Positions 1 through 10,616 are shown, numbered from the stretch's first letter. The stretch is 64,000 nucleotides of DNA from Armatimonadota bacterium (GCA_037440005.1 JBBIUY010000008.1:7806-71805); one strand, 5' to 3'. Program-made: numbers and translations. The notes: generated by a model not told the origin, from the letters alone.

Positions 1-46
1 CCCGGCGATGACGGAGTCCCGCCTCCCGCGCGGGCGGAGAGGCGTC

Positions 47-952
47 TCAGTCGGACGCCGGAGCCGCCGGGGCGGCGCGTCGGGCGGGGAGGTCGGGGAC
101 CTGCACCAGAATCACCCCGGCCAGGATGGCCAGGGCCCCCGCCGCCTGGACGCCGCCCAGGGTGTCGCCCAGGATCACGGCGGCTGCGGCGCTGCCCACC
201 ACCGGCTCCACCGTGGCGGTCAGGCTGGCCACGGTGCCGCTAACCGACCGCAGGCCGTGCAGGAACAGGCCGAACGGCACCACAGTGGCGCAGACCACGA
301 TGGAGGCCATCAGGGCCCACTCGGCCGCCCCGTACCCGCGCCCGTAGGCCGACCAGGGAGGGACGAGCAAGCTCCAGGCCGCCGCGCCGGTTCCCAGCGC
401 GTACAGCAGCATCCGGCGCGCCCCCACCTGCGGGGCGAGCCCCCGGCCCAGGATCACGTAGGCGCCGAAGGCGACCGCCGAGCCGATCCCGCTCAGCACG
501 CCCAGCGGGTGCGCGCGGATGCCCGCGCCGCCGGTGACCAGAAGGTACGCTCCCCCCAGGGCCAGCACGATGGCGACGGCCCGCCGGGGCGTCACCGACT
601 CGCGTCCGACCAGCCGGCCGTACACGGCCACCAGCACCGGCGCCGTGTACTGCAGGAAGAGGGCGGTGGGCACGCCGGCCAGGTGGATGGCCAGGTAGTA
701 AGCGCTCTGGGCGCCCGTCATGGCCAGCCCCAGCAGGACCAGCGGGCGCACCACCGCGCCGGGCACACGGACGGGTCGTGTGGTCGCCAAAGACAGCGCC
801 AGCAGGACCGCCCACGCCGCCGTCAGACGGATCTCCACCAGCGCCCACGGGTCGACGCCGCGGGTGAACAGGACCTTGGCCACCACCCCGAACAGGCCCC
901 ACAGGGTGGCAGCCCCCGCCACGCAGAGCACCCCGCGCACGCGGTCGGTCAT
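47..952 (-). CDS. EamA/DMT family transporter
   Basis: About 10 hydrophobic segments in two EamA-like halves (LWGLFGVVAK...LQYTAPVLV...EPVVGS); start at the ATG of MTDRVRG. Confidence 0.85.
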   Translation of the reverse strand: MTDRVRGVLCVAGAATLWGLFGVVAKVLFTRGVDPWALVEIRLTAAWAVLLALSLATTRPVRVPGAVVRPLVLLGLAMTGAQSAYYLAIHLAGVPTALFLQYTAPVLVAVYGRLVGRESVTPRRAVAIVLALGGAYLLVTGGAGIRAHPLGVLSGIGSAVAFGAYVILGRGLAPQVGARRMLLYALGTGAAAWSLLVPPWSAYGRGYGAAEWALMASIVVCATVVPFGLFLHGLRSVSGTVASLTATVEPVVGSAAAAVILGDTLGGVQAAGALAILAGVILVQVPDLPARRAAPAAPASD

Positions 953-978
953 CGGCCGGCGAGCTCGGTCTCCTGCGG

Positions 979-1866
979 TCAGGCCGCCGCCCGCACCGCC
1001 TGGGCCGCCAGGACGAATCCTCCCAGCATGTCCGAGCCTGAGGTCTCCCCCAGGGCCATGACCTGCGCGGCGGCCCGGCGGACGGCGGCGGGATCCGGGC
1101 CGGCGAGGGCGTCCCGCAGATCGTGCCAGCGCTGGCCGGCCTCTCCCCGCGCAGCCGCCGCCAGGTAGGCGGCGCTGATGCGCGTGGTGCGGGGGACGGC
1201 CTGGTCCGCGATCAGGCGCCTGAGGTCGGACCGTCCCCGCGGAGGCCACAGGGTCAGGGCCACCAGGCATCCGGTCAGGACGTCGTCCCCCGACGGCGTC
1301 AGTCCGGGCCCCAGTCCGGCCAGGCGGCGGGCGGCGTCGGCGGCCGCGGAGGGGTCCTGGTCGCGCAGGGCGGCGGCCAGGTCGTGCAGGCCGGGACGGG
1401 CGGCCCGGGCCAGGGGACCGTCGTCGTCTTCCCCCACCGCGGGGCGGCCAAGACCTGCAGGTGGCGCGGCCTCCAGCAGCAGGTCCCGCAGCAGGGCCAG
1501 GTGGTCGGCCAGGCGGCCCCGATCACCCGCCCACGGCGTCAGGGTGGCGTCCCAGGGGACGGCGGCGGCCAGGTTCACCCACAAGCTCCCGCCCACCTCC
1601 ACCGCGTCCTCCCGCACGGTGACGGGCTCGCCGGGGCGCAGGAGGGAGAACGGCGGCGTCCCCTCCACGACCACGGTGAACGGACCCGCCGGCAGATCCC
1701 CGCAGACCACGGCGACGACCTGCCCGTGCAGGTCCAGGTAACAGCTGCGGCTGAAACCAGCCAGCACCACGCCCCCCCGGCCCCGGCCCAGCAGCGGCAG
1801 GACCGACCGGCCCACCACCCTCGCCGGCACCACGCCCGCCTGCGCCCTCACCGCCTCACCCGTCAC
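979..1866 (-). CDS. DUF2877 (YlbF/AllH-like) family protein
   Basis: Signature GLGPGLTPSGDD and GETSGSD motifs. Confidence 0.8.
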   Translation of the reverse strand: MTGEAVRAQAGVVPARVVGRSVLPLLGRGRGGVVLAGFSRSCYLDLHGQVVAVVCGDLPAGPFTVVVEGTPPFSLLRPGEPVTVREDAVEVGGSLWVNLAAAVPWDATLTPWAGDRGRLADHLALLRDLLLEAAPPAGLGRPAVGEDDDGPLARAARPGLHDLAAALRDQDPSAAADAARRLAGLGPGLTPSGDDVLTGCLVALTLWPPRGRSDLRRLIADQAVPRTTRISAAYLAAAARGEAGQRWHDLRDALAGPDPAAVRRAAAQVMALGETSGSDMLGGFVLAAQAVRAAA

Positions 1867-2416
1867 CGTGCATCCGCCGGGCGGCGTCGGCGATGGCCTC
1901 CACGATTCCCTGGTAGCCGGTGCAGCGGCAGAGGTTGCCGGCGATGGCCTCGCGGATCTGGGCCTCGGTGGGATGGGGGTGCTCGCGGAGAAAGGCCAGG
2001 GCCGTCATCAAAAAGCCGGGCGTGCAGAACCCGCACTGCAGGCCGTGGTGGTCCCGGAACGCCTCCTGCAGGGGGTGCAGGCGCTCGGGGGTGCCCAGGG
2101 ACTCCACGGTGGTGATCTCGGCGCCGTCGGCCTGGACCGCCAGCATCAGGCAGCTGCGCACCGGCTCGCCGTCCAGCAGGACGGTGCAGGCGCCGCACAC
2201 GCCGTGCTCGCATCCCAGGTGGGTGCCGGTGAGGCCGGCACAGCCGCGGATGAAATCGGCCAGGGTCGTCCGCACGTCCACCTCATCCCGGTACACCGTG
2301 CCGTTGATGCGCACGGCGACCTCCTGCCGGCTGACCGGAGACACGGACACCCCCGGCCCGGCCGGGGCGCGGGCGCGCCCGCGGTTGCGCGCTTCTCGGG
2401 CTGCGCCGCCTGCCAT
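1856..2416 (-). CDS. Molybdenum hydroxylase small [2Fe-2S] subunit (CoxS/CutS-like)
   Basis: GCEHGVCGACT, QCGFCTPG and NLCRCTGY motifs. Confidence 0.92.
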   Translation of the reverse strand: MAGGAAREARNRGRARAPAGPGVSVSPVSRQEVAVRINGTVYRDEVDVRTTLADFIRGCAGLTGTHLGCEHGVCGACTVLLDGEPVRSCLMLAVQADGAEITTVESLGTPERLHPLQEAFRDHHGLQCGFCTPGFLMTALAFLREHPHPTEAQIREAIAGNLCRCTGYQGIVEAIADAARRMHGDG

Positions 2417-3286
2417 CTAGCCGACCTCCCGGGCCCGGTCCGCGGCCCGGCGCAGGGCGCGCTCGGCCAGCACGCCGGCCACCTCGCGGCGGTACTCGGC
2501 GGAGGCGTGGATGTCGCTGTCGGGTTCCAGCCGCGCGGCCACCACCTTGCGCACCTCCGCGGCCACCGCCGGCGTGAGCTCGCGACCCTCCACGGCGGCC
2601 TCCGCCTCGGCCACCCGCACGGGCGTGGGGCCGACGCCGGTGAACGCCAGGCGCACGCCCTGGCACCGGCCGTCCCGCAGGCGCACCAGGGCCGCCGCCC
2701 CCACCAGGGCGTAGTCGCCGTGGCGGCGGGCCACCTCCATGAAGGCGGTGCCGGCCCCGGGGTGGGCCGGGAACCGCACCTCCACCAGCAGGTCTTCCGG
2801 CGCCAGGGCCGTGGTCAGGTAGGAGACGAAGAAGTCCGCCGCCGGAATCCGCCGGGTGCCTGCCGGTCCCCGCACCACCACCGATCCGTCCAGGGCCAGG
2901 AGCACCGCCGGCAGCTCGGCGGAGGGGTCGGCGTGGGCGATGCTGCCCCCCACCGTCCCGCGGGTGCGGATGGGCGGGTGGCCCACCAGAGGCAGCGCGT
3001 CCGCCAGCAAGGGCAGGAGGCGGCGCACCAGCGCCGACCGCTCGGCGGTCCGCTGTCGGGTCATGGCGCCGATGGCCACCTCGCCGTCGTCCTCCCGGAT
3101 GTAGTCCAACTCCCGCACTCGGTTCAGGTCCACCAGCACGCCGGGCCGCACCAGGCGGAGGTTGAGCAGGGGCATCAGGCTCTGCCCGCCCGCCAGGACC
3201 TTGGCCTCGGGGCCGAAGGCCGACAGCAGGGCCAGGGCCTGGTCCACCGACGTGGGGGCGGCGTACCGGAAGGGCGGAGGCTTCAT
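2417..3286 (-). CDS. Molybdenum hydroxylase FAD-binding subunit (CoxM/CutM-like)
   Basis: MKPPPFRY start overlapping the upstream stop (ATGA); AGGQSLMP and GTVGGSIAHADP motifs. Confidence 0.92.
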   Translation of the reverse strand: MKPPPFRYAAPTSVDQALALLSAFGPEAKVLAGGQSLMPLLNLRLVRPGVLVDLNRVRELDYIREDDGEVAIGAMTRQRTAERSALVRRLLPLLADALPLVGHPPIRTRGTVGGSIAHADPSAELPAVLLALDGSVVVRGPAGTRRIPAADFFVSYLTTALAPEDLLVEVRFPAHPGAGTAFMEVARRHGDYALVGAAALVRLRDGRCQGVRLAFTGVGPTPVRVAEAEAAVEGRELTPAVAAEVRKVVAARLEPDSDIHASAEYRREVAGVLAERALRRAADRAREVG

Positions 3287-5625
3287 GGCGACGACCGCGG
3301 GCCCGCGGCGCGGATCAGGTCCCGCAGCCGGCTGGGGCTGAGGGGCATCTCGTTGATCTTCACCCCGAACTCCGACAGGGCGTCTTCCACCGCCTGGGCG
3401 AACAGGGCCGGCACCGGGATGACCCCGGCCTCGCCGGCGCCCTTGATGCCCAGGGGGTTCAGCGGCGAGGGGGTCTCCAGGTGGGCCACCTCCACCTCCG
3501 GGATCTCCATGGCGGTGGGGAGCAGGTAGTCCATGAACGTCTGGGTCAGCAGCTGCCCGCCGCTGTCGTACACCAGCTTCTCGTAGAAGACCCCGCCGAT
3601 GCCCTGGGCCACCCCGCCGCGGATCTGCCCGTCCAGGATCTTGGGGTTGATGACGCGGCCGCAGTCGTGGACCACCACGTAGCGCAGAAAGCGCGCCAGG
3701 CCCGTCTCCGGGTCCACCTCCACCAGGGCCGCGTGCACGCCGTTGGGGAAGGTCCCCCGGGGCGGGGCGAAGTAGCGGCTGGCCTCCAGACCGGGCTGCT
3801 CCCACTCCTCGGGGATGGTGCCCCGCAGGGGGTTGGCCAGGACGGCGATCTCCCCCAGGGTCAGGGACCGTGCCGGCGCCCCGCGCACGTACACCCGGCC
3901 TCCTTCCAGGACCAGGTCCTCCACCCGCGCCTCCAGCCGGGTGGCCGCCACCTTCAGCGCCTTCTCCCGCACCGCCTGGGCGGCTAGGTGCGCGGCGGTG
4001 CCGGCCACCACCGCGGCCCGGCTGGCGAAGGTGCCGGTCCCCCACCCGAAGGCCCCGCTGTCCCCGGTGGTGACCACCACGTCCTCCACCGGCACGCTCA
4101 GGACGTCGGCGATGATCTGGGCGAAGGAGGTGAAGTGCCCCTGCCCCTGGGTGCCCACGCTGGTGGCGGCGTACACCTTGCCCGAGGGCTCCACCGTCAC
4201 CCGGCACCCCTCGTAGGGGCCGATGCCCGACCCTTCCACGTAGCAGGCCACGCCCAGCCCCACGTACCGGCCCTGCCGGCGGTAGCGGGCCTTCTCCTCC
4301 GGCCAGCGGTCGTAGCCGATCATCTGCAGGGCCTTGTCCAGGGTGGCCGGGTAGTTGCCGCTGTCGTACACCAGCGGCGCGTTGTCCTGGTAAATCAGCC
4401 CCACGTCGTAGGGGAACTCGTGGGGCTGGATGAAGTTGCGCCGGCGCACCTCCGCGCGGTCCAGGCCCAGCTGGTCGGCCACCCGGTCCAGCAGCCGCTC
4501 CATGACGAAGACCCCGTGGGGACGGCCCGCCCCCCGGTAGGGGCTGACGATGGTCTTGGTGGTGAACACCGCCCGGAACTCGCAGTGGTAGGCGGGGATC
4601 TTGTACGGGCCCGGCAGGGTGGTGCTCGCCACGATGGGCACGATCAGGCCGTAGGGGATGTAGGCGCCGGCGTCGTACAGGAACTCGGTGCGCACCCCCA
4701 GGATGCGGCCGTCCCGGTCGGTGGCGATGGCCGCGTCGTGGATCTGTTCCCGCTCCTGGTTCATGGCCACAAAGCACTCCCGGCGGTCTTCGATCCACTT
4801 GACCGGGCGGCCCAGCTGCATGGCGGCGCAGGGGACCAGGACCTCTTCCGGGTAGAACATCATGATCTTGGGGCCGAACCCGCCGCCGATGTCGGGGGCG
4901 ACGACCCGCACCTGGGCCTGGGACAGCCCCAGCAGCCGGGCCAGGCCGTTGCGGATGGGGATGGGGGCCTGGGTGGAGTCCCACACCACCAGCTGGCGCA
5001 TGCGCGGGTCCCACTGGGCCACCACGCCCCGGGTCTCCAGCGGCGCCGCGGTGCCCCGGTCGATCACAAACCGCTCCCGCACCACCACCGGCGCCCGGGC
5101 GAACGCCTCCTCCACGTTGCCCACCCGCTGGGTGTAGTGGGCGCACACGTTGGTGCCGATGTCCTCGTGCACCAGGGGGGCGTCGGGGCGGACGGCCGCT
5201 TCCAGGTCCACCACCGGAGGCAGCGGCTCGTAGTCCACCTCGATCAGCTCGGCGGCGTCCTCGGCCCGGTACCGGCTGTCGGCGACCACGAAGGCCACCG
5301 GCTCCCCCACGTGGCGGACCTTGTCCGCGGCCAGGGCGTACTGGGTCTTGTGGTGGACCAGGGCCGGATGCGGGATCAGCTTCGGCAGCGGTCCCGCCAG
5401 GGCGGGCGGCAGGTCGGCGTGGGTGAAGACCGCCACCACCCCCGGGGCCTGGCGGGCCCGGGAGACGTCCACCCGCCGGATGCGGGCGTGGGCGTGGGGG
5501 CTGCGCAGCACGGCGGCGTGCAGCATCCCCGGCAGGGTGATGTCGTCCACGTAGGTGCCCCGTCCGGTGAGCAGCCGGGGGTCTTCCAGACGGGGGATGG
5601 GAGCGCCGAAATACCGGGTCGCCAT
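3283..5625 (-). CDS. Molybdenum hydroxylase large subunit (CoxL form II / xanthine dehydrogenase family)
   Basis: GGGFGPK, PYRGAGR, QGQGH and KGAGE motifs; lacks the form I CODH AYxCSFR motif. Confidence 0.9.
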   Translation of the reverse strand: MATRYFGAPIPRLEDPRLLTGRGTYVDDITLPGMLHAAVLRSPHAHARIRRVDVSRARQAPGVVAVFTHADLPPALAGPLPKLIPHPALVHHKTQYALAADKVRHVGEPVAFVVADSRYRAEDAAELIEVDYEPLPPVVDLEAAVRPDAPLVHEDIGTNVCAHYTQRVGNVEEAFARAPVVVRERFVIDRGTAAPLETRGVVAQWDPRMRQLVVWDSTQAPIPIRNGLARLLGLSQAQVRVVAPDIGGGFGPKIMMFYPEEVLVPCAAMQLGRPVKWIEDRRECFVAMNQEREQIHDAAIATDRDGRILGVRTEFLYDAGAYIPYGLIVPIVASTTLPGPYKIPAYHCEFRAVFTTKTIVSPYRGAGRPHGVFVMERLLDRVADQLGLDRAEVRRRNFIQPHEFPYDVGLIYQDNAPLVYDSGNYPATLDKALQMIGYDRWPEEKARYRRQGRYVGLGVACYVEGSGIGPYEGCRVTVEPSGKVYAATSVGTQGQGHFTSFAQIIADVLSVPVEDVVVTTGDSGAFGWGTGTFASRAAVVAGTAAHLAAQAVREKALKVAATRLEARVEDLVLEGGRVYVRGAPARSLTLGEIAVLANPLRGTIPEEWEQPGLEASRYFAPPRGTFPNGVHAALVEVDPETGLARFLRYVVVHDCGRVINPKILDGQIRGGVAQGIGGVFYEKLVYDSGGQLLTQTFMDYLLPTAMEIPEVEVAHLETPSPLNPLGIKGAGEAGVIPVPALFAQAVEDALSEFGVKINEMPLSPSRLRDLIRAAGPRSSP

Positions 5626-5788
5626 GATCTGTCTGCGATACCCGCGCCGCGCGGGCGGGAACGGTGGAAGTAGTTCTCCGTCCGGCGGGAGACTCCTGGA
5701 GGGCCGCGGGGCGCGGGCGGGGCGATGGACGCCCCGCGGCGGCGGATGGTACAGTACTGGTGCGCACGGTGCGCCCGCTCTGACGCCT

Positions 5789-7837
5789 ATGCCTCAGCCC
5801 CTGTGGGTGCCGTCCGACGACCGGATCCGCGCGGCCAACATGACCGCGTTCCAGGAGATGGTCGCCCGCCGGCACGGCCTGGCGCTGCGGTCCTACCGGG
5901 ACCTGTGGGAGTGGTCGGTGGACCACATCCCCGAGTGCTGGGCCGCGGTGTGGGATTTCGTGGGAATCGTCGCCTCCCGGGGCTACGACCGGGTGGTGGA
6001 CGACCTCACGCGGTTTCCCGGCGCGCGCTGGTTCGAGGGCGCCCGGCTGAACTTCGCCCAGAACCTGCTGCGCCACACAGACAGCCCCCGGACAGCCCTG
6101 CTGTTCCGAAACGAGGCCGGACAGCGGCGGGCGCTCACCTACGCCGAGCTGGCGGACGAGGTGGCGAAGGTGGCCGCCTCGCTGCGGGCGGCCGGGGTCC
6201 GGCCGGGGGACCGGGTGGCCGCCTACATGCCCAACGTTCCCGAGACCGTCATCGCCATGCTGGCGGCCACCAGCCTGGGTGCCACCTGGGCGTCCTGCGC
6301 CACCGACCTGGGGCCGGCGGCCGCCCTGGACCGGCTGGGGCAGCTCAGCCCGGTGGTCCTGTTCACCGCCGACGGCTACGTGTACAAGGGGGAGCGCTAC
6401 GACACCCGGGAGAAGGCCGCGGCGGTCGCCGCGGGCATCCCCACCCTGCGCCAGGTGGTGGTCGCCTCCTCCCCCGGCGGGGACGGCGAGCCCGGACCGA
6501 TCCCCCGCGCCGTGCGGTGGGAGGAGTTCCGGGCGCCGGCGGGGACCCTGAGGTTCGAGCAGCTGCCCTTTGACCACCCGGTCTACATCATGTTCTCCTC
6601 GGGCACCACCGGCCGGCCCAAGTGCATGGTGCAGGGCGCGGGCGGGGTCCTGCTCAACCACCTCAAGGAGCTGGTCCTGCACACCGACCTGACGCCCCAG
6701 GACCGCATCGTGTACCTCACCACCTGCAGCTGGATGATGTGGAACTGGCTGGTGTCCGCCCTGGCCGTGGGGGCCACGGTGGTCCTCTACGACGGCCATC
6801 CGGCCTGGCCGCGCCCCGACGCCCTGTGGCGGATGGTGGAGGAGGAACGTCTGACCGTGGTCGGGGTGAGCGCCAGCTACCTGAACGCCCTGCGGGCCGC
6901 GGGCGCGCGGCCGGGGGCCAGCTGGGACCTGTCGTCGCTGCGGGAGATCTCCCAGACCGGATCGCCCCTGTCCCCCGACGGCTTCGCCTACGTGTACCGG
7001 GAGATCAAGGCCGACGTGCACCTGAACTCCATCTCGGGCGGCACCGACATCAACGGCTGCTTCGCGGCCGGCAGCCCCACCCTGCCGGTCTACCCGGGCC
7101 AGGTGCAGGGCCCGGCCCTGGCCATGAAGGTGCGGGCCTACGACGAGGACGGGAATCCCGTCTACGACCGGCCCGGGGAGCTGGTGTGCGAGGCGCCGGC
7201 GCCGTCCATGCCCCTGTATTTCTGGGACGACCCCGACGGCCGCAAGTACCGGGAGGCGTACTTCGCGTTCTACCCGCACCGCCGAGTGTGGCGGCACGGG
7301 GACTACGTGACCTTCCACAGCGACACCGGCGGGATCACCTTCCACGGGCGGTCCGACGCCGTCCTCAAGCCGTCCGGGGTGCGCATCGGGACGGCGGAGA
7401 TCTACAACGTGGTGGAGAAGCTGCCCGGTGTGGCCGACAGCCTGGCGGTGGGGCAGCCCTGGCAGGGCGACCAGCGCATCGTCCTGTTCGTCAAGATGGC
7501 CCCGGGGCACGCCTTCACCCCCGAGGTGGCGGACCGGATCCGGCGGGCGCTGCGGGAGCAGGCGTCCCCCCGGCACGTGCCCGCGGTGATCCTGCCCGCC
7601 CCCGACATCCCCTACACCCTGAACATGAAGAAGGTGGAAAGCGCCGTGACCAACATCCTGTCCGGCCGGCCGGTGGTCAACCGGGACGCGCTGGTCAACC
7701 CGGAGGCGCTGGCCTACTTCGAGCGGGTCCGGGAGGAGCTGGAGCGCCTCCCGTCCCAGCGAGGAGGCACCCATGAAGGTGGAGGGGACGTACACGCTGA
7801 CGGCTCCCCGGCAGAGGGTGTGGGAGCTGCTCAATGA
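5789..7837 (+). CDS. Acetoacetate--CoA ligase (acetoacetyl-CoA synthetase)
   Basis: PLWVP N-terminus, MFSSGTTGRPKC, SISGGTDI, GRSDAVLKPSGVRIGTAEIY; extended -10 TGGTACAGT at 5747-5755. Confidence 0.88.
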   Translation: MPQPLWVPSDDRIRAANMTAFQEMVARRHGLALRSYRDLWEWSVDHIPECWAAVWDFVGIVASRGYDRVVDDLTRFPGARWFEGARLNFAQNLLRHTDSPRTALLFRNEAGQRRALTYAELADEVAKVAASLRAAGVRPGDRVAAYMPNVPETVIAMLAATSLGATWASCATDLGPAAALDRLGQLSPVVLFTADGYVYKGERYDTREKAAAVAAGIPTLRQVVVASSPGGDGEPGPIPRAVRWEEFRAPAGTLRFEQLPFDHPVYIMFSSGTTGRPKCMVQGAGGVLLNHLKELVLHTDLTPQDRIVYLTTCSWMMWNWLVSALAVGATVVLYDGHPAWPRPDALWRMVEEERLTVVGVSASYLNALRAAGARPGASWDLSSLREISQTGSPLSPDGFAYVYREIKADVHLNSISGGTDINGCFAAGSPTLPVYPGQVQGPALAMKVRAYDEDGNPVYDRPGELVCEAPAPSMPLYFWDDPDGRKYREAYFAFYPHRRVWRHGDYVTFHSDTGGITFHGRSDAVLKPSGVRIGTAEIYNVVEKLPGVADSLAVGQPWQGDQRIVLFVKMAPGHAFTPEVADRIRRALREQASPRHVPAVILPAPDIPYTLNMKKVESAVTNILSGRPVVNRDALVNPEALAYFERVREELERLPSQRGGTHEGGGDVHADGSPAEGVGAAQ

Positions 7838-8210
7838 CCCCGACGTCCTGGCCCGGGCCACGCCGGGGATCACGAGGCTGGTCCCCCAGGGGAACGACAC
7901 CTACCGCGCCACCATCGAGATCGGGGTGGGGCCCGTGCGGGGGACCTACGAGGGACAGGTGCGGATCGCCGACCGCGCGCCGCCGGAGAGGATCCGCCTG
8001 GAGGTGGAAGGGGGCGGCCGCCCGGGGACCATCCGGGCCGTCGGGGAGCTGCACCTGGACGAACGCGGGGGCCAGACGGTGATCACCTACACCGGGGACG
8101 CCCAGGTGACCGGCCTGATCGCCAGCGTGGGGCACCGGCTCATCGGGGGCGTGGCCCGTCAGATGGCCACCGAGTTCTTCAAAGCCCTCGAGCGCGAGCT
8201 GGCCCGCTAG
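7773..8210 (+). CDS. coxG: CoxG family (SRPBCC) accessory protein
   Basis: VWELLNDPDVLARATPG and GLIASVGHRLI; GGAGG RBS. Confidence 0.85.
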   Translation: MKVEGTYTLTAPRQRVWELLNDPDVLARATPGITRLVPQGNDTYRATIEIGVGPVRGTYEGQVRIADRAPPERIRLEVEGGGRPGTIRAVGELHLDERGGQTVITYTGDAQVTGLIASVGHRLIGGVARQMATEFFKALERELAR

Positions 8211-8215
8211 CCCCC

Positions 8216-10540
8216 ATGGTCCTGTCCAAGGCCCTCGGAGCCCGGATCCCGCGCCGCGAAGACCCCCGGCTGGTCACGGGCACCGCCACCTACGTGGACG
8301 ACATCGCCCTGCCGGGGATGCTGCACGTGGCCCTGGTCCGCAGCCCCCACGCCCACGCCCGCATCCTCGACCTGGACCCCGCCCCCGCCCGCCGCGCGCC
8401 CGGTGTGGTGGCGGTGTGGACGGGAGACGATGTCCGCGACCGCTGCGGCCCCCTGCCCGTCGGGCCGCGCATCAGGGACATGAAGGTCCCCCGCCGCTAC
8501 CCGCTGGTGGTGGACGGGGTGGTCCGCCATGTCGGAGACCCGGTGGCGGCGGTGGTGGCTACCCGCCCGGACCTGGCCCGGGACGCGGCCGACCTGGTGG
8601 AGGTGCGCTACGACCCGCTGCCGGCCGTGGTGGACGTGGAGCAGGCGGCGGCCCCGGGCGCGCCGGTCATCCACCCCGACCTGGGCTCCAACGTCTGTTA
8701 CCGCCTGACCTTCGGCGAACCGGTGGACGGGGCGCTGGCCCGCAGCGACGTGGTGGTGTCCCTGCGCATCGTCCAGCAGCGCCTGATCCCCGCGGCCATG
8801 GAGACCCGGGGGGTGGTGGCCGACCCGCGCGGCGGGGAGCTGACCGTGTGGACGTCCACCCAGATCCCCCACGTGGTCCGGACGGCGCTGGCGCAGATGC
8901 TGGGCCTGCCCGAGCACCAGGTGCGGGTGATCGCCCCGGAGGTGGGAGGGGGTTTTGGCAGCAAGCTGGACGTCTACGGCGAGGAGGCGCTGGTGGCGGC
9001 CCTCGCCCTGGCCCTGGGCCGGCCGGTGAAGTGGGTGGAGACCCGCCGGGAAAACTTCCTGGCCACCGTCCACGGCCGCGGGCACGTGGAGTACGTGGAC
9101 CTGGGCGCCCGGCGGGACGGGAGCCTTCTGGCGCTGCGGGTGCGGGTGCTGGCCGACCTGGGCGCCTACTCCCAGCTGCTGACCCCGGGCGTCCCCACCA
9201 ACACCGGCCTGATGGCCTGCGGGTGCTACCGCATCCCGCAGGCGTTCGCCGAGGTGACGGGGGTGTTCACCACGCTGCCGCCCACCGACGCCTACCGGGG
9301 GGCCGGCCGGCCCGAGGCCACCTTCCTCATCGAGCGGGCCATGGACGTCCTGGCGGCCCGGCTGGGGATGGACCCGGCGGAGCTGCGCCGGCGCAACTTC
9401 ATCCCCCCCGAGGCGTTCCCCTACCGGACCCCCACCGGCGCCACCTACGACACCGGCGACTACGCCGCCGCCCTGGACCGGGCCCTGCAGATGGTGGACT
9501 ACGCCGCCCTGCGGGAGGAGCAGCGCCGCCTGCGGGAGCAGGGGCGGTACCTGGGCATCGGCATCAGCAGTTACGTGGAGATCACGGGGCTGGGCGCCGC
9601 GGCGGGCCTGCCGGGCGGGAGGTGGGAGAGCGCCACCGTGCGGGTGGACCCCACCGGCTCGGTGGTGGTCCTGACCGGGTCTTCACCCCACGGCCAGGGG
9701 GAGGAGACCACCTTCGCCCAGATCGTCAGCGACCGCCTGGGCGTGGCCGTGGACGACGTCCGGGTGGTCCACGGGGACACCCGCGCCGTGCCCTACGGGG
9801 TCGGCACCTTCGGCAGCCGCACCACGCCCGTGGGCGGCTCGGCGGTGTACCTGGCCTGCCAGCGGGTCCGCGACAAGGCGGTGCGCCTGGCGGCCCACCT
9901 GCTGGAGGCGTCCCCGGCCGACATCGTCTGGGACGGCGCGCGCCTGGCGGTGCGGGGCAGCCCGGACCGGGCGCTGTCGTTTGCGGAGGTGGCCCGGGCG
10001 GCCTACAAGGGGACGCGGCTGCCGGCGAGCGAGGAACCGGGGCTGGAGGCCACGGCGGTGTTCGCGTCGGCGGAGAGCGTGTTCCCCTTCGGCACCCACG
10101 TGTGCGTGGTGGAGGTGGACCCCGACACAGGCCAGGTCCGCATCCTGCGGTATGTGGCGGTGGACGACTGCGGTGTCGTCCTCAACCCCCTGCTGGTGGC
10201 CGGGCAGGTCCACGGCGGCGTGGTCCAGGGGCTGGCCCAGGCGCTGTGGGAGGAGGCCGTCTTCGACGGCCAGGGCCAGCTGCTGACCGCGAGCCTGGCC
10301 GACTACGCCGTGCCCCGGGCCACCCAGGTGCCGACCATGGAGCTGGCCCACACCGTCACCCCCACCCCCCACAACCCCCTGGGGGCCAAGGGCGTGGGGG
10401 AGGCCGGGACCATCGGCGCCACTCCGGCGGTGGTGAACGCGGTCCTGGACGCCCTGGCTCCGGCCGGCATCGAGCACCTGGACATGCCCCTCACCCCGCG
10501 CAAGATCTGGGAAGCCCTGCACGCGGGCCGGCGCCGGTAG
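8216..10540 (+). CDS. Second molybdenum hydroxylase large subunit (CoxL form II / CutL-like)
   Basis: GGGFGSK, DAYRGAGRPEA, PHGQGEET and KGVGEAG motifs. Confidence 0.9.
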   Translation: MVLSKALGARIPRREDPRLVTGTATYVDDIALPGMLHVALVRSPHAHARILDLDPAPARRAPGVVAVWTGDDVRDRCGPLPVGPRIRDMKVPRRYPLVVDGVVRHVGDPVAAVVATRPDLARDAADLVEVRYDPLPAVVDVEQAAAPGAPVIHPDLGSNVCYRLTFGEPVDGALARSDVVVSLRIVQQRLIPAAMETRGVVADPRGGELTVWTSTQIPHVVRTALAQMLGLPEHQVRVIAPEVGGGFGSKLDVYGEEALVAALALALGRPVKWVETRRENFLATVHGRGHVEYVDLGARRDGSLLALRVRVLADLGAYSQLLTPGVPTNTGLMACGCYRIPQAFAEVTGVFTTLPPTDAYRGAGRPEATFLIERAMDVLAARLGMDPAELRRRNFIPPEAFPYRTPTGATYDTGDYAAALDRALQMVDYAALREEQRRLREQGRYLGIGISSYVEITGLGAAAGLPGGRWESATVRVDPTGSVVVLTGSSPHGQGEETTFAQIVSDRLGVAVDDVRVVHGDTRAVPYGVGTFGSRTTPVGGSAVYLACQRVRDKAVRLAAHLLEASPADIVWDGARLAVRGSPDRALSFAEVARAAYKGTRLPASEEPGLEATAVFASAESVFPFGTHVCVVEVDPDTGQVRILRYVAVDDCGVVLNPLLVAGQVHGGVVQGLAQALWEEAVFDGQGQLLTASLADYAVPRATQVPTMELAHTVTPTPHNPLGAKGVGEAGTIGATPAVVNAVLDALAPAGIEHLDMPLTPRKIWEALHAGRRR

Positions 10541-10610
10541 CGGGTGACGACGGCCCGCCCGCGGGGCCGCCGTCCGCCGGCACCGACCCGCCGGGCGATG
10601 TCGTTTGGCG

Positions 10611-10616
10611 TATAAT
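10611..10616 (+). promoter_or_regulatory. Putative -10 box (TATAAT) upstream of coxD
   Basis: Perfect TATAAT in a GC-rich intergenic region. Confidence 0.5.

Noticed and set aside
2417-7900. 1827-aa ORF as a giant fusion protein
   Set aside because: Only the last 289 aa (CoxM-like) are real; the rest is an off-frame or antisense shadow typical of high-GC DNA.
3283-10540. Bona fide aerobic CO dehydrogenase (form I)
   Set aside because: Both large subunits have YRGAGR, not the Cu-binding AYxCSFR motif.
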